A stretch of DNA of 64,000 nucleotides, from NCBI GenBank assembly GCA_013115145.1, contig JAAPAO010000080.1, forward strand, positions 24,223 to 88,222. The letters run 5' to 3'. Positions 35,650 through 57,366 of the stretch are shown here, in pieces; the stretch's first letter is position 1; each line of letters opens with the position of its first letter. This DNA comes from Perkinsus chesapeaki ATCC PRA-425 (Eukaryota > Protista > Perkinsozoa). The notes beneath the pieces were generated by a model. That model was not told where the DNA came from and did not search any database. It was given only the letters and a program-made list of their open reading frames with translations. Position numbers and translations under genes: made by a program.

Positions 35650-38600
35650 AAAACCGTATTCAAAGCCTCCATCATCATCCCTCCTCACCTCTCCCCCGTG
35701 CTTTATCTTATCTCCCGTTGTCGCATGGGTAACTTCACCGGGGCTAGCTGTCGAATAGGATGACGTCGAGTAGCTGTTCGTCGTGGTTGTAGTAGGGCTG
35801 ACATATCTAGGCCCTGAGCCACCTACACACTCCTGGGCTCCTACCGGTATGATGATGAGCTCGCCGAGGATGAACGCGGAGCAGCGGCGGTCGAGCTACT
35901 GCTGGTGTCCGGCGCCTTGGCTGAGTAACCGCCTCCTACCCTGCCTGGGATTACGCTGGGACCGCTACCGGGAGACCGGGGAGATTTCGGAGTAGAACTG
36001 ATAGAAGAATAGGAAAACCTCAGCCGTCCATGTCCTACTGCCTACTTGCCAACGCTACTAACAGGAGCAGATGAGGGCACTGAGCCCACTCGACCAGGCG
36101 AAACTCTAACCTGAAAACTCCAGATCATTTAGAGAGAGCTCATCACGGCCCTTACATCGAAAGAGCTAGCTGTGACCGAAGGGGTGCTGGCAGCTGATGA
36201 GTACCGAGACTGACCTCCGACACTACTAGAGCCTCCTCCGGCCTGACCAGTGTGGAATGATCGGGAACATTGAGATGACTACCTACCGTGAAGCCGGAGG
36301 GCTGAAAGCGTGTTGTTGTTGTGCCTGCCGAGGGTGTAGCCTTGGCTGCTATCTCGTCTCTTTCTCGCTGTAATCTGTAGTACTCTGTCGTATAGGTATC
36401 ATTTGTCTCCCAACTGCCCAAGAGGGTGAATTATGAGCCCATATCCATCGCACCAGCTCACCTATCATCCGAGTCCGGGTCCACAGGCGCTGCCTTTATA
36501 TCGGCTATTCGCTGAGTCATCAAAGCTTCCAACTGAACAGGTTAGACTTGGCCACACTTGGCCGAGTCGCCGAGGGCTCACCTTGTCAGCAGCGGCCTTC
36601 AGCTCCTTCAACTGCGCCTGCATTTGCTGCTTCTCGTTCTTCATCTGCTCTATTCTGTCATGGAGCACCGATACCTACATACGATCTGACGAAGGAGCGG
36701 TATGACACCAACCTACCTCATCCTGCTTTGACTTCACTTTAGTCTCTGCATCCTCAGCCTGTTGCTGTGCCTCCGATGTCTCCTGTGCCTTGGCGTCCAG
36801 TTTAGCCGCCTCCTCCTCATTCTTCGACTTCAGTCGGTCATACTCCTGCCAACCAAATCAGCAGCCTCTACCTCCTCCTCCTCAGCCGCTCCCACCTTCA
36901 TAGTCTGCTTATGTGCATCCACTTCCCTATCGAGATTGCGCTTCTCCTGGTCAGCATGGGCCTTTGCCTCTGCCAGCTTGCTCTGCTGGTCCTCCTTATC
37001 AGCCGTGGTATTAGCCAATGCCTACTGCCGCCATACTCCCCCAGCCTGCTCTTCCTTGCCTACCTCTCTCGTCTTCTGGTGTTCCCCCTGCTCCTTAGCA
37101 GTCGCCGCCTTAGCCTCATCTGTCTGCCTTCTAAACCCCTATGAACAGCCATATCCCTAGCAACCCCTCCTCCTCTCCCTGCCCACCTCAATGCCCTTCT
37201 GCATTGACTCCACCTTCCCTGCTAACTTCCCACCATCCTTCTGCGCCTGTGCTGTTGCTTTTTGCTCGGAATTTATCTCTTTCTGTATTTGAGAGATATC
37301 TCCCTTAAGATCTACCCAACCACCACTTCACCATCCACAGACCCCTTCCCACCTACCCTGCAGTTCCTTCTTCAACCCATCCCTCTCGGTCACCGCCTCC
37401 TTAGCCGACTCAGCCGCAGCGGCAGTCTCCCCTTCCTTCTCGGCAATCGCCGTCTGCCCTGCCTTAATACCATCCTCAGCAGCCTGCCTCGCCTGCTGAT
37501 TCTCCTCCAGTGCCTGCAAAACGCATCAACCCGCGTCGCTTCGCTCCGCCGTCCACCCACCTGCTTCACTTGGTTCAGTTCCATATTAACCTTATTCAGC
37601 TCCTCACTAGCCGCTGCCGATTTCTTCCTCAAATCAGCTATAGCAGCTTGCGTCCTACACCACCAACACTCACCCTCCTTCTTATTGCAATGCCTACTGT
37701 TCTGCGTGCTTGCTCAAGCTTGCCGCATTCGCCTCAGCCACACTCGCCTCATTATTGATACTTGCCAGCTTAGCCGCCTGACCACCGCCGCTGCCTATGC
37801 TCATCACCCCCACCACTCCGCCTACCACATCCTCCTTCTCCTGTTGGGCCTTCTGTAACGCAGCCTTCTGCTGCACTATCTCATTGTCAGCCTCATCGAT
37901 CCTCTTTCGCATGCCAGGCAAGTCCGCTGTCTCTTGCTTCAACTTCGCTATATTATCCTCAGTCTCCTTCAACTGACACCACCATCACACCCCCACTACT
38001 ACTCCCCTCCACTGCCACCTACTTTAGCCTGAAGATCGGCGCTATCCTGATTCAACTCGTTTAACTGCTGCTGGAGGCTGTCCATATCTTGTGTTACACC
38101 CGGCAATGCCTGACCAATAAAAGATCCTCGTAATCGTCAAGTTGCAGCAACAGAACTGAGGAGGTCGAGGAGCCGATCTATAAATAATAGAAAGCTAAAG
38201 CACATGACTAACTTCAAAAACCAGAGCCACGAACACGGTGGTTACCTCTACTATATACGAAAGGACGATCAATTGTTAACTAAACACACCATCCCCTCCT
38301 GGCACTACATTAGCCCTCTCGGCCACAGCCGCTGCCATATCCTCCGCTTGCTTCATTTCATTCTCAGCCTCTTCAGCATCCAAATCAATCTGCTGTCTCT
38401 GACACCAATTCCCCATCTCCTCCTCCCTCCCAGCCTTCCCCCTCCTCACCACTCTCATATCCGCCCTTTGCTTAGTCTTAGCTTCAGTAGCAGCATCCTC
38501 GGCTGCCTTGATCTTCCCTATAGCGTCGTCTCGGGCGTCCAACGCCTCCTTCAACTGTGCCTGTATCCTCCAGCCCTACCACTCCCTCATCCCCACAAAG

Positions 38601-39999
38601 CACTACCTGCAATCCCTGGATTTTCTGAAAGTTCTCGTTCCCGCCAGCGGCGAACTCCTTATTAGCCTGCTCCTCCTTCTCCAGTGCTTTCGTCAACTAC
38701 AATGCATCCTCCACTCCACCCCACTGCGCTCCTCCTACCTGCAGCTTCTCCCGCCGGACCCTATCCAGATCCCGTGTTATAGTATTCCTCATCTTCTTAG
38801 CATCTTTGGCAACACCCTCCGCATCCTTCTTGCGCTGCCGATCGACCTTAGATACCTCCTCTGCCCTCTTCTGCTCTGTTTGAGCGTCCTACACATTACT
38901 ATGATACTTCCGCCGGCAGCAGCAGCAGCCCCGATCGCTGCTACCTCCACCATCCTTTTAGCCGCAGCAACATCCTCCTTCTCAATCACAGCCAGCAGCA
39001 ATAATCTATCCCTATCATGCCGAGTACTGTCCAACAACAGCATCACCTACTACCGCAATACCATTCAACACCCCATACAGCAGTCCATCACCCTACCTCC
39101 CTCTTAGCCTTCCTCTGCGTATCAGCTAATGCCTGTACCCTACTTCTATACTGTGCCTTGATAACAACACCATCCATCCCAGCAGCAGCGGCCATGACCA
39201 CCTAACTACCTCTAGCTCCTGCATAGCCCTGGCATGGTCCCTCTCCTGCTTCACTGACGCTACTTTATCCTCCACTCTCCGAAGCTCTATCAGCTCCTTA
39301 CCAACCCCCTCCTCGTATCTGCCCGCAATAGTTCGCCACTACTCATAACAACATAGCCGAGCAACACGTAGCGTTGTCCAAATTGAGCGACATCTACCTC
39401 CAGGGCAGCGCGTGATTCAGTTGACCCTCTCTCCCCCTCCTACTGCCGCACAAAACTAGTGAAGGCCTCGAGCTTCGGCCGTAGGCCGGCACTGACCTTG
39501 CCAACTGCTTTACTGAAATCCTCCACACTTACAAAAATTTTCCTAAAGGCCAAGTAGAGTTCATGGTACCTAGGACACTCTCAGCTTCAACAGCAACAGG
39601 AAGCCTCTAGTACTTCCCAAGGGGCATCGAATCGCTAGCAAGCTCAGCAGCTGCCGTTGCTAGCTTATCATCACATAAATCAAGGTTACGGCAAAGCTGC
39701 TCCCATTGGTCTCTGAAACATGCCACTTTCCAGGCACCACCTGACAACATAAACATTACCCTCACAGCAGCTCCATGGGAGCGAGACAGACCACCAGTGC
39801 TTATCTAGTGCTTGCTATGACAGGCAACCTCTCTACACTGGCAGACTCCCACCCTGCTGCTGCTGCAGCGCTCTCTACTACCTGGCAGTTCCTGCTCCTC
39901 TTCAGAATGTTGAGCCTCCAATCCAGCGGGAGTGACTCCACTAAATGGGTTACATCCGCCGTCCTCTTCGGGCCACATTTGATCATCGGGGATGATCAT
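35650..39999 (-). CDS. Large coiled-coil (myosin/tropomyosin-like heptad) protein with many short exons
   Basis: Successive A/E/K/Q-rich heptad exons, e.g. KETEDNIAKLKQETADLPGMRKRIDEADNEIVQQK, KEALDARDDAIGKIKAAEDAATEAKTK, EQMKNEKQQMQAQLKELKAAADK. N-terminus MIIPDDQMWPEE at 39999; Ser/Pro-rich tail. The 3' end is approximate. Confidence 0.72.
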
Positions 40000-40315
40000 A
40001 GTAAAACAAAACTACCCAACGGCTCGTACTTCAACTTATAGATTATCTTCCCTGGCTCACAGAAGGAGCGAACTTGATACAAACTAGTAAAGCGGGGATG
40101 ATGGGTTTAGCGTACGACATGTGTTCCTGTGTGAATTAATACCATCGCAATAAATCATTCATAGTGCGGCGGGCGGGGGAATATTGAGGATAGTATCTCT
40201 TAGTCGATATAATATACAGTAGTACATTTGTTTATAATGATAGTACAGAATCTGAGTCTGAGACTCATCTCTAATAATGATACTGTATATAATATCACCC
40301 TCTAATAATAACACA

Positions 40316-40543
40316 ATGCCTACAGCCTATGTAAGCCACAGTTCCCTCTCTAATTCAACCCAACTCCTACAGGATAATGAAACCAATAATCTGCTATCTC
40401 TATGGCCCAAGGCACCAGACCCGTTACCAGAATTTTTCCGACGTTACGGACGCGGCCAAGTAGGGACAGTACAAGGAAAAGCCTCCTTCAAACGGGAGGC
40501 AATAGCGGCAACGCGCTACGCCCTATTGGTGTCTCTTAAATAG
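40316..40543 (+). CDS. Possible small protein (~60 aa) with one 42-nt in-frame GTAAG...CAG intron
   Basis: MPTAY|DNETNNLLSLWPKAPDPLPEFFRRYGRGQVGTVQGKASFKREAIAATRYALLVSLK*. Support is limited to the canonical-looking intron and the open frame; no family known. Confidence 0.3.
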   Translation: MPTAYVSHSSLSNSTQLLQDNETNNLLSLWPKAPDPLPEFFRRYGRGQVGTVQGKASFKREAIAATRYALLVSLK

Positions 40544-40597
40544 TAATTGCTGGAAAAATCTTGGCCGTCTGTGAAGTACTGTGCGCGGACACCTCTT

Positions 40598-48939
<8,342 letters not shown>

Positions 48940-48947
<8 letters not shown>

Positions 48948-49917
48948 AGTGACCTATAACCAACTGCTGTGTAAAATGATAACCTCAGGAATATCTTAAT
49001 TCTACTGACCTGGTGTACCCTTGATCACCCTGGATCTCTGGTGAGAACTACTACCAACACAATACAATGCTATTGGTAATCAACAAATGCCTCGAGCTTA
49101 AGGCCTTTGACAAGCCGGAAAGTGAGACTTGCTGTATCTTGCTTTCTTACATTTCCTCCAGCCAACCGCGTCGTAATGGTTTGGCCGCTGTCTAGTCATA
49201 GACGCTTAAGGCTCAGTTCGTAATGGTTGGGATAATGTGGTTATGATCTAGCAGGGATATAAGACTCAGTTGTAGGCTTCAAGCTAAGATTCCTTGGATT
49301 ATGGTGAGTTAAAATATGGTGTACGCAAGCGAAAATACAAGGTTTTCGGTGTGTAACCTATCCTTTTCCTCAACGCTCGCCGCGCTACCCCACAGTCTCT
49401 CATGCTCCTTCTGGGGAGTTCTTCTTCTTCTTCCAGCTCCCTCACAGAACTAATGAGCAACTGCTATGAGGTTTCATATAAGTTTTGACAGTCTTCTCAA
49501 AGGCAGGTTTTTTCATCCATTAATCCTCTATTATGGAATACGAAGTCTACTTTGGATGTAATCTGGTTGGTACAATAGCTGTAGTATTAATATTCTTCTA
49601 CACCTATTGTAATGCCAAACCAATAGGGAATAAGTTGGAGTAATCATAAGGTACTAACAATACGATCTGATACCACTCCTGTCGCTACTCTTCCTATTAC
49701 TATTGACTCGATAATTATCCGGATCAGTGCCGAATCCATACAATGATTTAATTCCGAACACTCCTCGAAATCGAGTGTCCGAATAAACGGTGCGTACGCA
49801 TTCGACCTCTATAAGTATCTTGCTCGTTTGTTCAATTCCGCATCCTCTAGCAGCTGTATAAGATACACTTCCCCGCCGTCTAAGTTTAAATCGAGTTTGA
49901 CTTTCGTCTGTTCGCAT
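48940..49917 (-). CDS. Hypothetical multi-exon protein immediately upstream of ABCC
   Basis: ORF 49654-49917 (MRTDESQ..GVFGIKSLYGFGTDPDNYRV..), plus exon-like ELEEEELPRRSMRLW and LDSGQTITTRLAGGNVRKQDTASLTFRLVKGLKLEAF. The 3' end is ambiguous (~49070 or ~48940). Confidence 0.35.
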
Positions 49918-50175
49918 TTTCTCTTTTCCCTCAGGTTCGCAGTGGATAACGCTCCTTGGAGGGTGGTACAGGAGTTGGTATGGCGCACCTCGTTTTTATA
50001 ACAGTACTATCTTGAGTTTAATAGTCAATACCAACGACTTCAAACGAAGCCGGCAGTCGAAAAGAGCTCACTGGGTCGGTCATCTTAATCAGCGAAACAT
50101 TCCCACCCGTCGACCGGTTGACCTATAGCGGACGAAGGGAACGCATGTCGCTTACAGTGCTATATTGATAGGACT

Positions 50176-53100
50176 ATGATGGGCGTAAATGTATACATGA
50201 TACCAGCAGCATCGAATCATCATACTGGGTTGAGTATCCTTTACAGTGTGATGGTGGCTGTGTGCTGTTTGGTGGGGTACACTACTGCTAGGCTTGTGGG
50301 AGTGGAATCCTGTGATTCATCATCCTATCAACATGTAAGCATTAAAGGGGAACATTAGGCGGTGAATTAAGGAAAACTTCATTGACAAGTCATCCCATAT
50401 AATTTCTCATAAGACAATACACATGTCAATTCATTGCACTGGCTTGGCGCTAACCGAAGAGCCTTCCCAAATAGCTCGTTTGGTTGTATTTATTAGTACC
50501 AGCTGCAATGCGATGTAACAGTCGATGGGCTGGCTAATTCAATGTGGTCATCGGACATCTCCCAAGACTCTACAGGAAATGCCTGGATACGGTGGACATT
50601 TACCGAACCATTGCAGATAGGTGTGACAGTGATAGTGTATTTGTGTCACATCTGTCCCTTCAGACAGCTATATGATACAGGCATGCACTACCAGTCCATC
50701 CACCGTGAATGGCATGGAAGAGTTTGATGGTAGTCCGTAGATACACTGTCCCGAGGCAAGACGGTATGACCTAAGGTGACAGTTGCGCTCAACAACAGTC
50801 GCCGCTATCCTGGATCCTCAAGGGAGGCCTTCAACTATCCACCCTAGCGGAACTAGACCGTAGAGAGCGCCAAAGTACGTAGTAACGTTCAAGTGCTGGC
50901 TTACTTGGCCTGATATCAGCGGCATGGAAGGGCAGCGAAAGGCGTGTGTTTGGGCTCGAACAGCCAGTCACTGTGCGGCATCTCAGGCTTGAACTCGCTG
51001 AATCATCGGGGGAATTTGGCCAGTGAGAATCCCAGGCTTGGGAAGGCATCAATGGCTGATGGCAGATTCTCGATAGCCGAGTTTGATGCATTCTCACCGA
51101 TGGAAGTGTCCATCCATGTCGGCACATGGTCTAATTGCTCGGAGATTTGTGGAGGAGGAATTCGCCGCAGACCGGTGAGTTGGCATGAGCTATTTCACCA
51201 CCTTCAAACACTGGCTGCATTAAACTCGCTCGAGTCGCAAACTACGTTGGATAACATTGTCCAGAGCTGAACCACGGGACTGGTCTATCGAATGAGTCAT
51301 CACGGATGACCTTGTCAGCTGCATAATATTATTGCTAGGAATTCAGGTCGAATGCCACGGTGATGATGACCGTACGGATTACCCTTTAGCAAGATGCGCG
51401 TAAGATTCACTACTACGAACTTCTGTGGAATCTTTCGCACTGCATAGATTCTCTCTTGGTGTACCACCTACATCCAGCGAACCCTGCAACACCCAGCCAT
51501 GTCCGCTAGTGACCATTGTCAATATGAATGTACCACATGCCATCATAGATCGCTAAACATTATACAGGCCACTGCGGTTCCCAGTGAGCCCACACATTTG
51601 TCCCTCCGTATAGAGCCAAGCGGTGAAATGACTGTAAGGCGAACATCTCGCAGTGAGATGATACTAATAGCGTCAGATCTATTGCCTTGTCGAAGAGGGT
51701 GAATGGCTCGAGCAGCAGCAGCCTACATACACCTTCGATCACATGGTTGACTTCGGCCAGGAGGTAGCCTTCCTCCAACTCGGGCCAATATCTCCCTGTA
51801 GATCAGCTGTGTTCTGCCGAGTTGCGAGTTCGTGTTTGACGGCTTGTCCCCGAATACAACGTATAACATCACATGTGCGTTCGCTGAAGTAGAACAGTTC
51901 TTGACCATTTGGATTTGAATCTGCCCAGTAGGACGGAGAAGATGCATGGGGCATCAAGAGCATTGCCGAGCTCGTCAGCACCGGCCAGGGGGATGTCACC
52001 TTTGTGGAAGTAGGTGACGATCCTTTGTTTCAGTACTGATAGTAAGGAGTTGATGTTGTCATTCCTGTACTAAAGCTGTAGCGGATCTCGCAGTATCTTG
52101 ACTATATCATCCAAGACTTTTCGCGCAAGGGTTTCCCGGTACCCTATTGCATTCCAAGGTTACGGATTATGATGCGACTACCTTGAACATAACAGTCGGT
52201 ATCGATGTCGTTGGTACAGCACAGAAGCCTACGACTGTACGGTAAGGCCGGTGCATCCTTCAACAATTGATCCGAACATTGCTGCACAGTTGTGAGGTGT
52301 TCCAGGCTACAGTAGAGGATCCCTTGGAAGTTTCATCAAACAACACATATGTTACTTCAAGTAGGAGTCATCTTAATAAACAGTCCGCGATCAACCGACT
52401 TAGGTACACCAACAGTATCATCCGAAGTCAGCACTTTAGAGGCTGCCTGTGATGGGAATCGAACCTGCGACCTTGTTGCCACGGGGCTTCAAAGTGGCAG
52501 CCTGTACAACGTTACCTGTTGGACCTCGCCGAACGGAAAACCAGTAGGTGGTACTGGTGGCAGCCTTGCTGTCTTCTGTTGCTACTGGAGATGACTTGAG
52601 ACCGCACCACTTGTGCGGTGTAGAAGCTGATGCTGTACTAGCACCTGAGTAGGTATCGGTAACGGAGCCTGCAAGGACAAGGCCAGCGGTCATTCTTGAT
52701 GCGAAGCATCTGGAGACGATAATGCAACCTGAACCTGGAGCCGTCCTGTCAATAGCGATGACGTCTAAAAGTTACGTAGCTTGCCATGGGACGCCCACAA
52801 AGGAATTGGTCAGCACGCAGACCTCAACGGAGGGCTCTGTTAGTAACAGAATGTTACCCTATTTGCCAGGTCTGTTGCCCTTCTTCGCCATCGTATGAAA
52901 CTATGCGATCGATGCCATGGGTGCCTTGTGCCAGCCGCTGCGATATCACTATCATGGGGCTACGACAAGGCGAGCGTTACGCCTTTTGGTGCTCTGGCAT
53001 GCCGATACTGAGTAGCTTGCAGTGAGCTTTCTCGTTCATCACACAGTAAGTCAGGAAGCACATCAGGTATGAATATTTCCCAAGTGATGACTTTGGAATT

Positions 53101-54360
53101 CGCCTCACAATACCGCAACAGCAACTCTTGACCACTCTGTCTCCTCCTGGAACAGCGCCCCCTTCGATAAGCACCCAATTCCAAGAGAACCGAAATGAAA
53201 TTAAGAAAGAGTTGATCACTGACGGGGACGTAAGGTGGCTGCGTATAAGTCCTCCGTTCCGCCTCCTTCCAGGTCGAGTCTGCTATAAGATTGTGTATCA
53301 TTATTGTCCTTGGCATTTGCCTAATGTGCTGCCTGTGTGTCCCTTTATTCCGCAAGCACTCTCTGATGGATGGCACGCACATTAGCACAGGCTCGCTTAC
53401 CGGCAAGGGCAAGCTGCTCCTGATGGAAGTCATTATAATCGCTACGGCAGTTTCACAAGTCAGCTTGTGTACCACTGTCCTATAATGCAGCATGACCCTC
53501 ATTTAGGTTGGCTCTGTTATATTCTATCATCATCATAGAACCGGATGGACTAAGCTAGTCCAGTCGCTAGCTCTCACTGTGGCGATATCTATGGCTCTGC
53601 TTGTGTGGCAAATGGGTGTCGCTGGAATCTTTCACTTTTTCTTTGGTGGACGTCAGCGGCGAGGTAAGTTCCTCCCTTCAAAACGGTTCAGAGATCGTCC
53701 GAAAATGTGCAATGCGCCGTGCTGTCCCTTCCTGCAGGTACGCACCGGTACGTTGGTCAGATGGATGCGCAACGACTCGGTGTCATTTTCTTGCCGCCGC
53801 TTTCCCTTGTTGCAATTAACAGTTGCAGTGCCGAAGAAGCGGACACGGCATATTCAGTAAAGCTCTTCTATATGAAGCTCGACACCCTTGTTGGTGAGGT
53901 CCGAGGGTTATCACGTTTCGTCTGTGGTACACTGCTAGAGACGAAAGTATACCTTATAGCACAACCATCACTGATTGAGCAAATATTACCTCCGTATTGT
54001 AGGTGTCACACCGTACGTTTCTGTGCTGGTTGCGTTGCTCATTGATACCGCTGTGTCCGATAACGTAAGCCTTCGTAAGCTCCGCCTTGTCACTGCACAT
54101 TGCAGCACACTGTACAACTTATAGTGACTAGCACGAGTTGTGGCCGAATATTTATTCCAATACCTGCTGATGTCTTTGTCGACACCTCATTTCAGGTTGA
54201 GCCTTCTGGTCCGTTGTGGATCCCTCTCGCGTGCCTCGCTACCGCTTTGGTACGGTCCAACATGTGCTCCTACGCATCTCTCAGTCGAACCCAATAGTGC
54301 CAACTCCCTTTGCTTCCTTATAGGTGAAGATACTTTACGTTCTCCGAGCTGTCAACACTG
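50176..54360 (+). CDS. Predicted cell-surface protein: signal peptide, F5/8C(discoidin)-like domain, thrombospondin type-1 repeat, three FN3-like repeats, multi-pass TM region
   Basis: Signal LSILYSVMVAVCCLVGYTTA. Discoidin-like CDVTVDGLANSMWSS..AWIRWTFTEPLQI..PLSWILKGG..LAELDRR. TSR HVGTWSNCSEICGGGIRRRP|VECHG..C|..PTSSEPCNTQPCP. FN3-like GLSPNTTYNITC, TGLQSGSLYNVTC, MGLRQGERYAFWC. At least 5 hydrophobic segments from 53290 onward. The 3' end is approximate. Confidence 0.72.
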
Positions 54361-54570
54361 AGTATCAGCTAGTGACATTTGACCGGTTTCGCCCAGGATG
54401 GCGCGTGATACCTTGACTGGAGACGCCCTGTCTGACACAATTGCCCGCAGGCACGCAATGCCGGTCCTTCTGGATTGGCTCAAGAGATAGGAGTACGAAG
54501 ATTTGATGTAGATCATCACGGCCCGCTTGATTCCCACTGAAGGACAACAAGTTTAATTTTTAAATTGCTG

Positions 54571-54575
54571 AAAAA
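54571..54575 (-). terminator. RNA polymerase III T-run terminator
   Basis: TTTTT on the minus strand, 1 nt after the tRNA discriminator base. Confidence 0.75.
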
Positions 54576-54576
54576 C

Positions 54577-54648
54577 TGGACGTACCGGGATTTGAACCCG
54601 GGGCCTTCTGCATGCGAAGCAGACGTGATACCACTACACCATACGCCC
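54577..54648 (-). tRNA. trnA-CGC: tRNA-Ala (anticodon CGC)
   Basis: Minus strand GGGCGTATGGTGTAGTGGTATCACGTCTGCTTCGCATGCAGAAGGCCCGGGTTCAAATCCCGGTACGTCCA. It has a 7-bp acceptor stem with the Ala G3:U70 wobble, anticodon stem CTGC/GCAG around TTCGCAT, and T-loop GTTCAAATC. Confidence 0.97.
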
Positions 54649-55149
54649 TGATATTTGTGTCGCGCAAGTTGTTTCGTGCATAGTGAATACGAATATCGCA
54701 AGAGCTACAAGACTTGCCCCAGCGATTCGGCTGGCTACAACGGAACTAGGCACCAAAGCTATTTGAGAGTTCCGATCCCATGGCTTTCCGTGAACTCATT
54801 ACGACAGAGACCACCAACAATGCTGACTTGCATCGACGCTTTCCTCGCCTAGAGTAAGGCATGATCTGCGATGTCTCCCCCCGCCGGCATAAGTATCCGG
54901 AGACTCATATAGAGAATATCGTATAGTGTGTTTCTGACGAGGCTACTGTCACAGGAGTGTTAATGTGACCTTTCAGTGAACGCGGTATATTCGCTGTTGA
55001 AGCCACACCCGCCACTGTGGTTCCTTTGAAAATATACGAGTTTCATACACCAGGGGATAACAATAACAACAAAGTTAAATGTTAGTAGTGAAGAGTAGTA
55101 CAGACAGTTGGCTTAGATCGACCGTCGCAACTCATCTGTCCGACAGAAG

Positions 55150-56360
55150 CAAGAACTATCGATTGTTGCTGTGTCAACCTCGCCTCCGAGTGAGCCCTCA
55201 CTGATATCTTCAGAGTTCGAACACAATCGTCGACCGGCGGAAGCTCCGCGTGTTCAACTGCCATCCAGAACACTGGTACCCTTTTCTACGGGTGTGGATG
55301 CGCAGGTATATCGCAGGTACCCCACCCTCCACCAAGGAACCTCTATCGGCACTCTAAGCACCTTAGACGCCTGTCCGTAACCAAAACACTGCTGACGACT
55401 GGAACGACACCTCCAACTACCGACGAGGGTTTCTGGTTGAAGCGGGCTGACGAAATTATGAAGCATCGAAGCTACGCAGATTATATGGCTCAAGGAAAAA
55501 AGGAACTCTTGACGGACGCTACGAACGAAGTTCTCCAGCAATGGTCCGTGGTGCCAGCTGACATAGAAGAAGAACCCCCTGGAAAAACCGGGAGACCGCC
55601 GTCTATTCGAGATCACACCTCAGAGCCCAGCCCCAGTGGTGCTCTGGACAACTGCACCAAGACTGTACGAACGGAGGGTATCAGAAGAACGATCCCTAAA
55701 GGGATGTATATCTACGATGCAGCAGGAGAGCTACTGTTTCCCAAAGTGATTCTACTAGTTCGGCGGTTGTTTGTAAATGCTCTTCAGGCAACGCCATCCG
55801 GTCCAGAGCAGCCCATCTATTTGCGATCAACTCTCAATCGTCTACTATCGAGGGCATCGCGTTGCTCGGAACTCAAGTAGCAATTGAGGCCAATCTAGTA
55901 GCTCCAGATTCGTGCATATCAGCGCACCTTATACGGACAAGAATAGCGGCATTCCCCCAGAGGTGTGATTGAAGGTCGTGTCTGTTCCAAAGCTGCGCCT
56001 ATTGTGATTAGGGAACCCCGCGTGGTGGAGCTTCTGAAGCCATTGACATTTGTTTCAGCGAATTCATCCGACAGTGTGAATCACAGATGGAAGCGTGCTC
56101 AGATCAGTTCACTAGAGAGCTATTAAGATCCAACTTGGCATTCTTAAAAGAACTCCAAGCTGGGGTCCAACGGAACTCGCCAGCCTCATCAACAAGGTGA
56201 GGCTATCAATGTTCGACATGGACCCTCCATGATGGACGTTGAGATGCACTGACTGTCGAGAATGAGCTACTTCTCTGGAAACCGGCTCGTTGGGTTGACC
56301 AGTAGTACGAAACTTCATGAGCAATCGATACAAGCACGAGCGACCGCTCAGTGAGTGGCG
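55150..56360 (+). CDS. Hypothetical multi-exon protein
   Basis: ORFs 55171-55380 and 55437-55880 (YADYMAQGKKELLTDATNEVLQQW..MYIYDAAGELLFPK), plus later exon-like EPRVVELLKPL and FTRELLRSNLAFLKELQAG with GT-AG flanks. No family recognised. Confidence 0.42.
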
Positions 56361-57366
56361 CTCACAACGAAGTACTCGGGGGCCCCGAGTGCCCCGAGTT
56401 GGGGCTACACAATAGTCATTGTTGCACTTTGACGAGTATTTGGCATACTTGCTTTCTTAACTATGAATATATATGATATAACATGTCTCCAGGAGTCCTG
56501 GACCAGGACACAATATTCTGGGCAGTGGTTATAGTAACCGTCCAGCTCACTGGGAACACGAGGTCACCAAAGAGGGGGCGAAAAGGGCACTACAAGAGGC
56601 GTACAATAGTGAGCTACAGTTAAATCGACCACTATGACGCAGATGATGTACGCATATAACTACCCCGGTCAAGACAGAACCACTGTGGTGCATTGATATC
56701 ACAGCAGGCCCGCATGAATAGAAAAGTAGACAGTTATGCTGTCACACTTATGTACGCACGCCCTGTGTTTATGCCACAATGTCAGCCTAATTCTCTTGTC
56801 TGATGAGTATCGATTAAGATGGAGTGCGCTTATCATTGTAGCGTGAGCGATTACTCCCACAGTTGTACGTATGTACACAATTATACTCGTCTAAATACGG
56901 CCTGTTGCGCTCCTAGTACGCGGACGGCTAACTGAACTACTATCAAAGAGGCCCTCTAAGGGGAAACTGATGATACTACTGTACTTAAAGAGGGTAGTAG
57001 TCTTAGTCTTCTGAAGATTGTCTTCAGTTTGTCTTCTTCCCCTTGCATTACACTATTAACGGGTCGGTTATGTCGAGGTCATATCATGGAAGCGATTTGG
57101 CATATGGACCTCTATTTCTCTATTTAGAGAATAGCATTCTCTGTTCGAACGGGTGAATAGATAAGATGCTCGTTCAGGATTAGCAATTCGAATATGATTA
57201 AGGGGATAGATTAGATTAGATTAGGATACAGTGAATTGGGAACTTCAACTTCGAAACGTAGAAACAGAAGTCGATGATGAGACGAGCTTCCTCATCTCTA
57301 ATCAATAGTTTATTCGAACACCTTCTAGCTCAAAGGCTCCTCCCTCACCTTCAATTTTGATTATAA

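Noticed and set aside
48975-49040. QGDQGYTRSVELRYS, resembling an Omp85/FhaC beta-barrel motif
   Set aside because: The reading crosses a clear splice donor, and the motif order relative to ..EAFVDY is reversed compared with Omp85 proteins.
56370-56405. Palindrome actcgggg-g-ccccgagt with a 9-nt direct repeat
   Set aside because: Too short and isolated; no second copy or element boundaries were seen.
57195-57310. (TTAGA)n run and ATGATGA box C-like motif (telomere seed or C/D snoRNA)
   Set aside because: There are only about 4 imperfect units, and no box D (CTGA) with a terminal stem at the expected distance.
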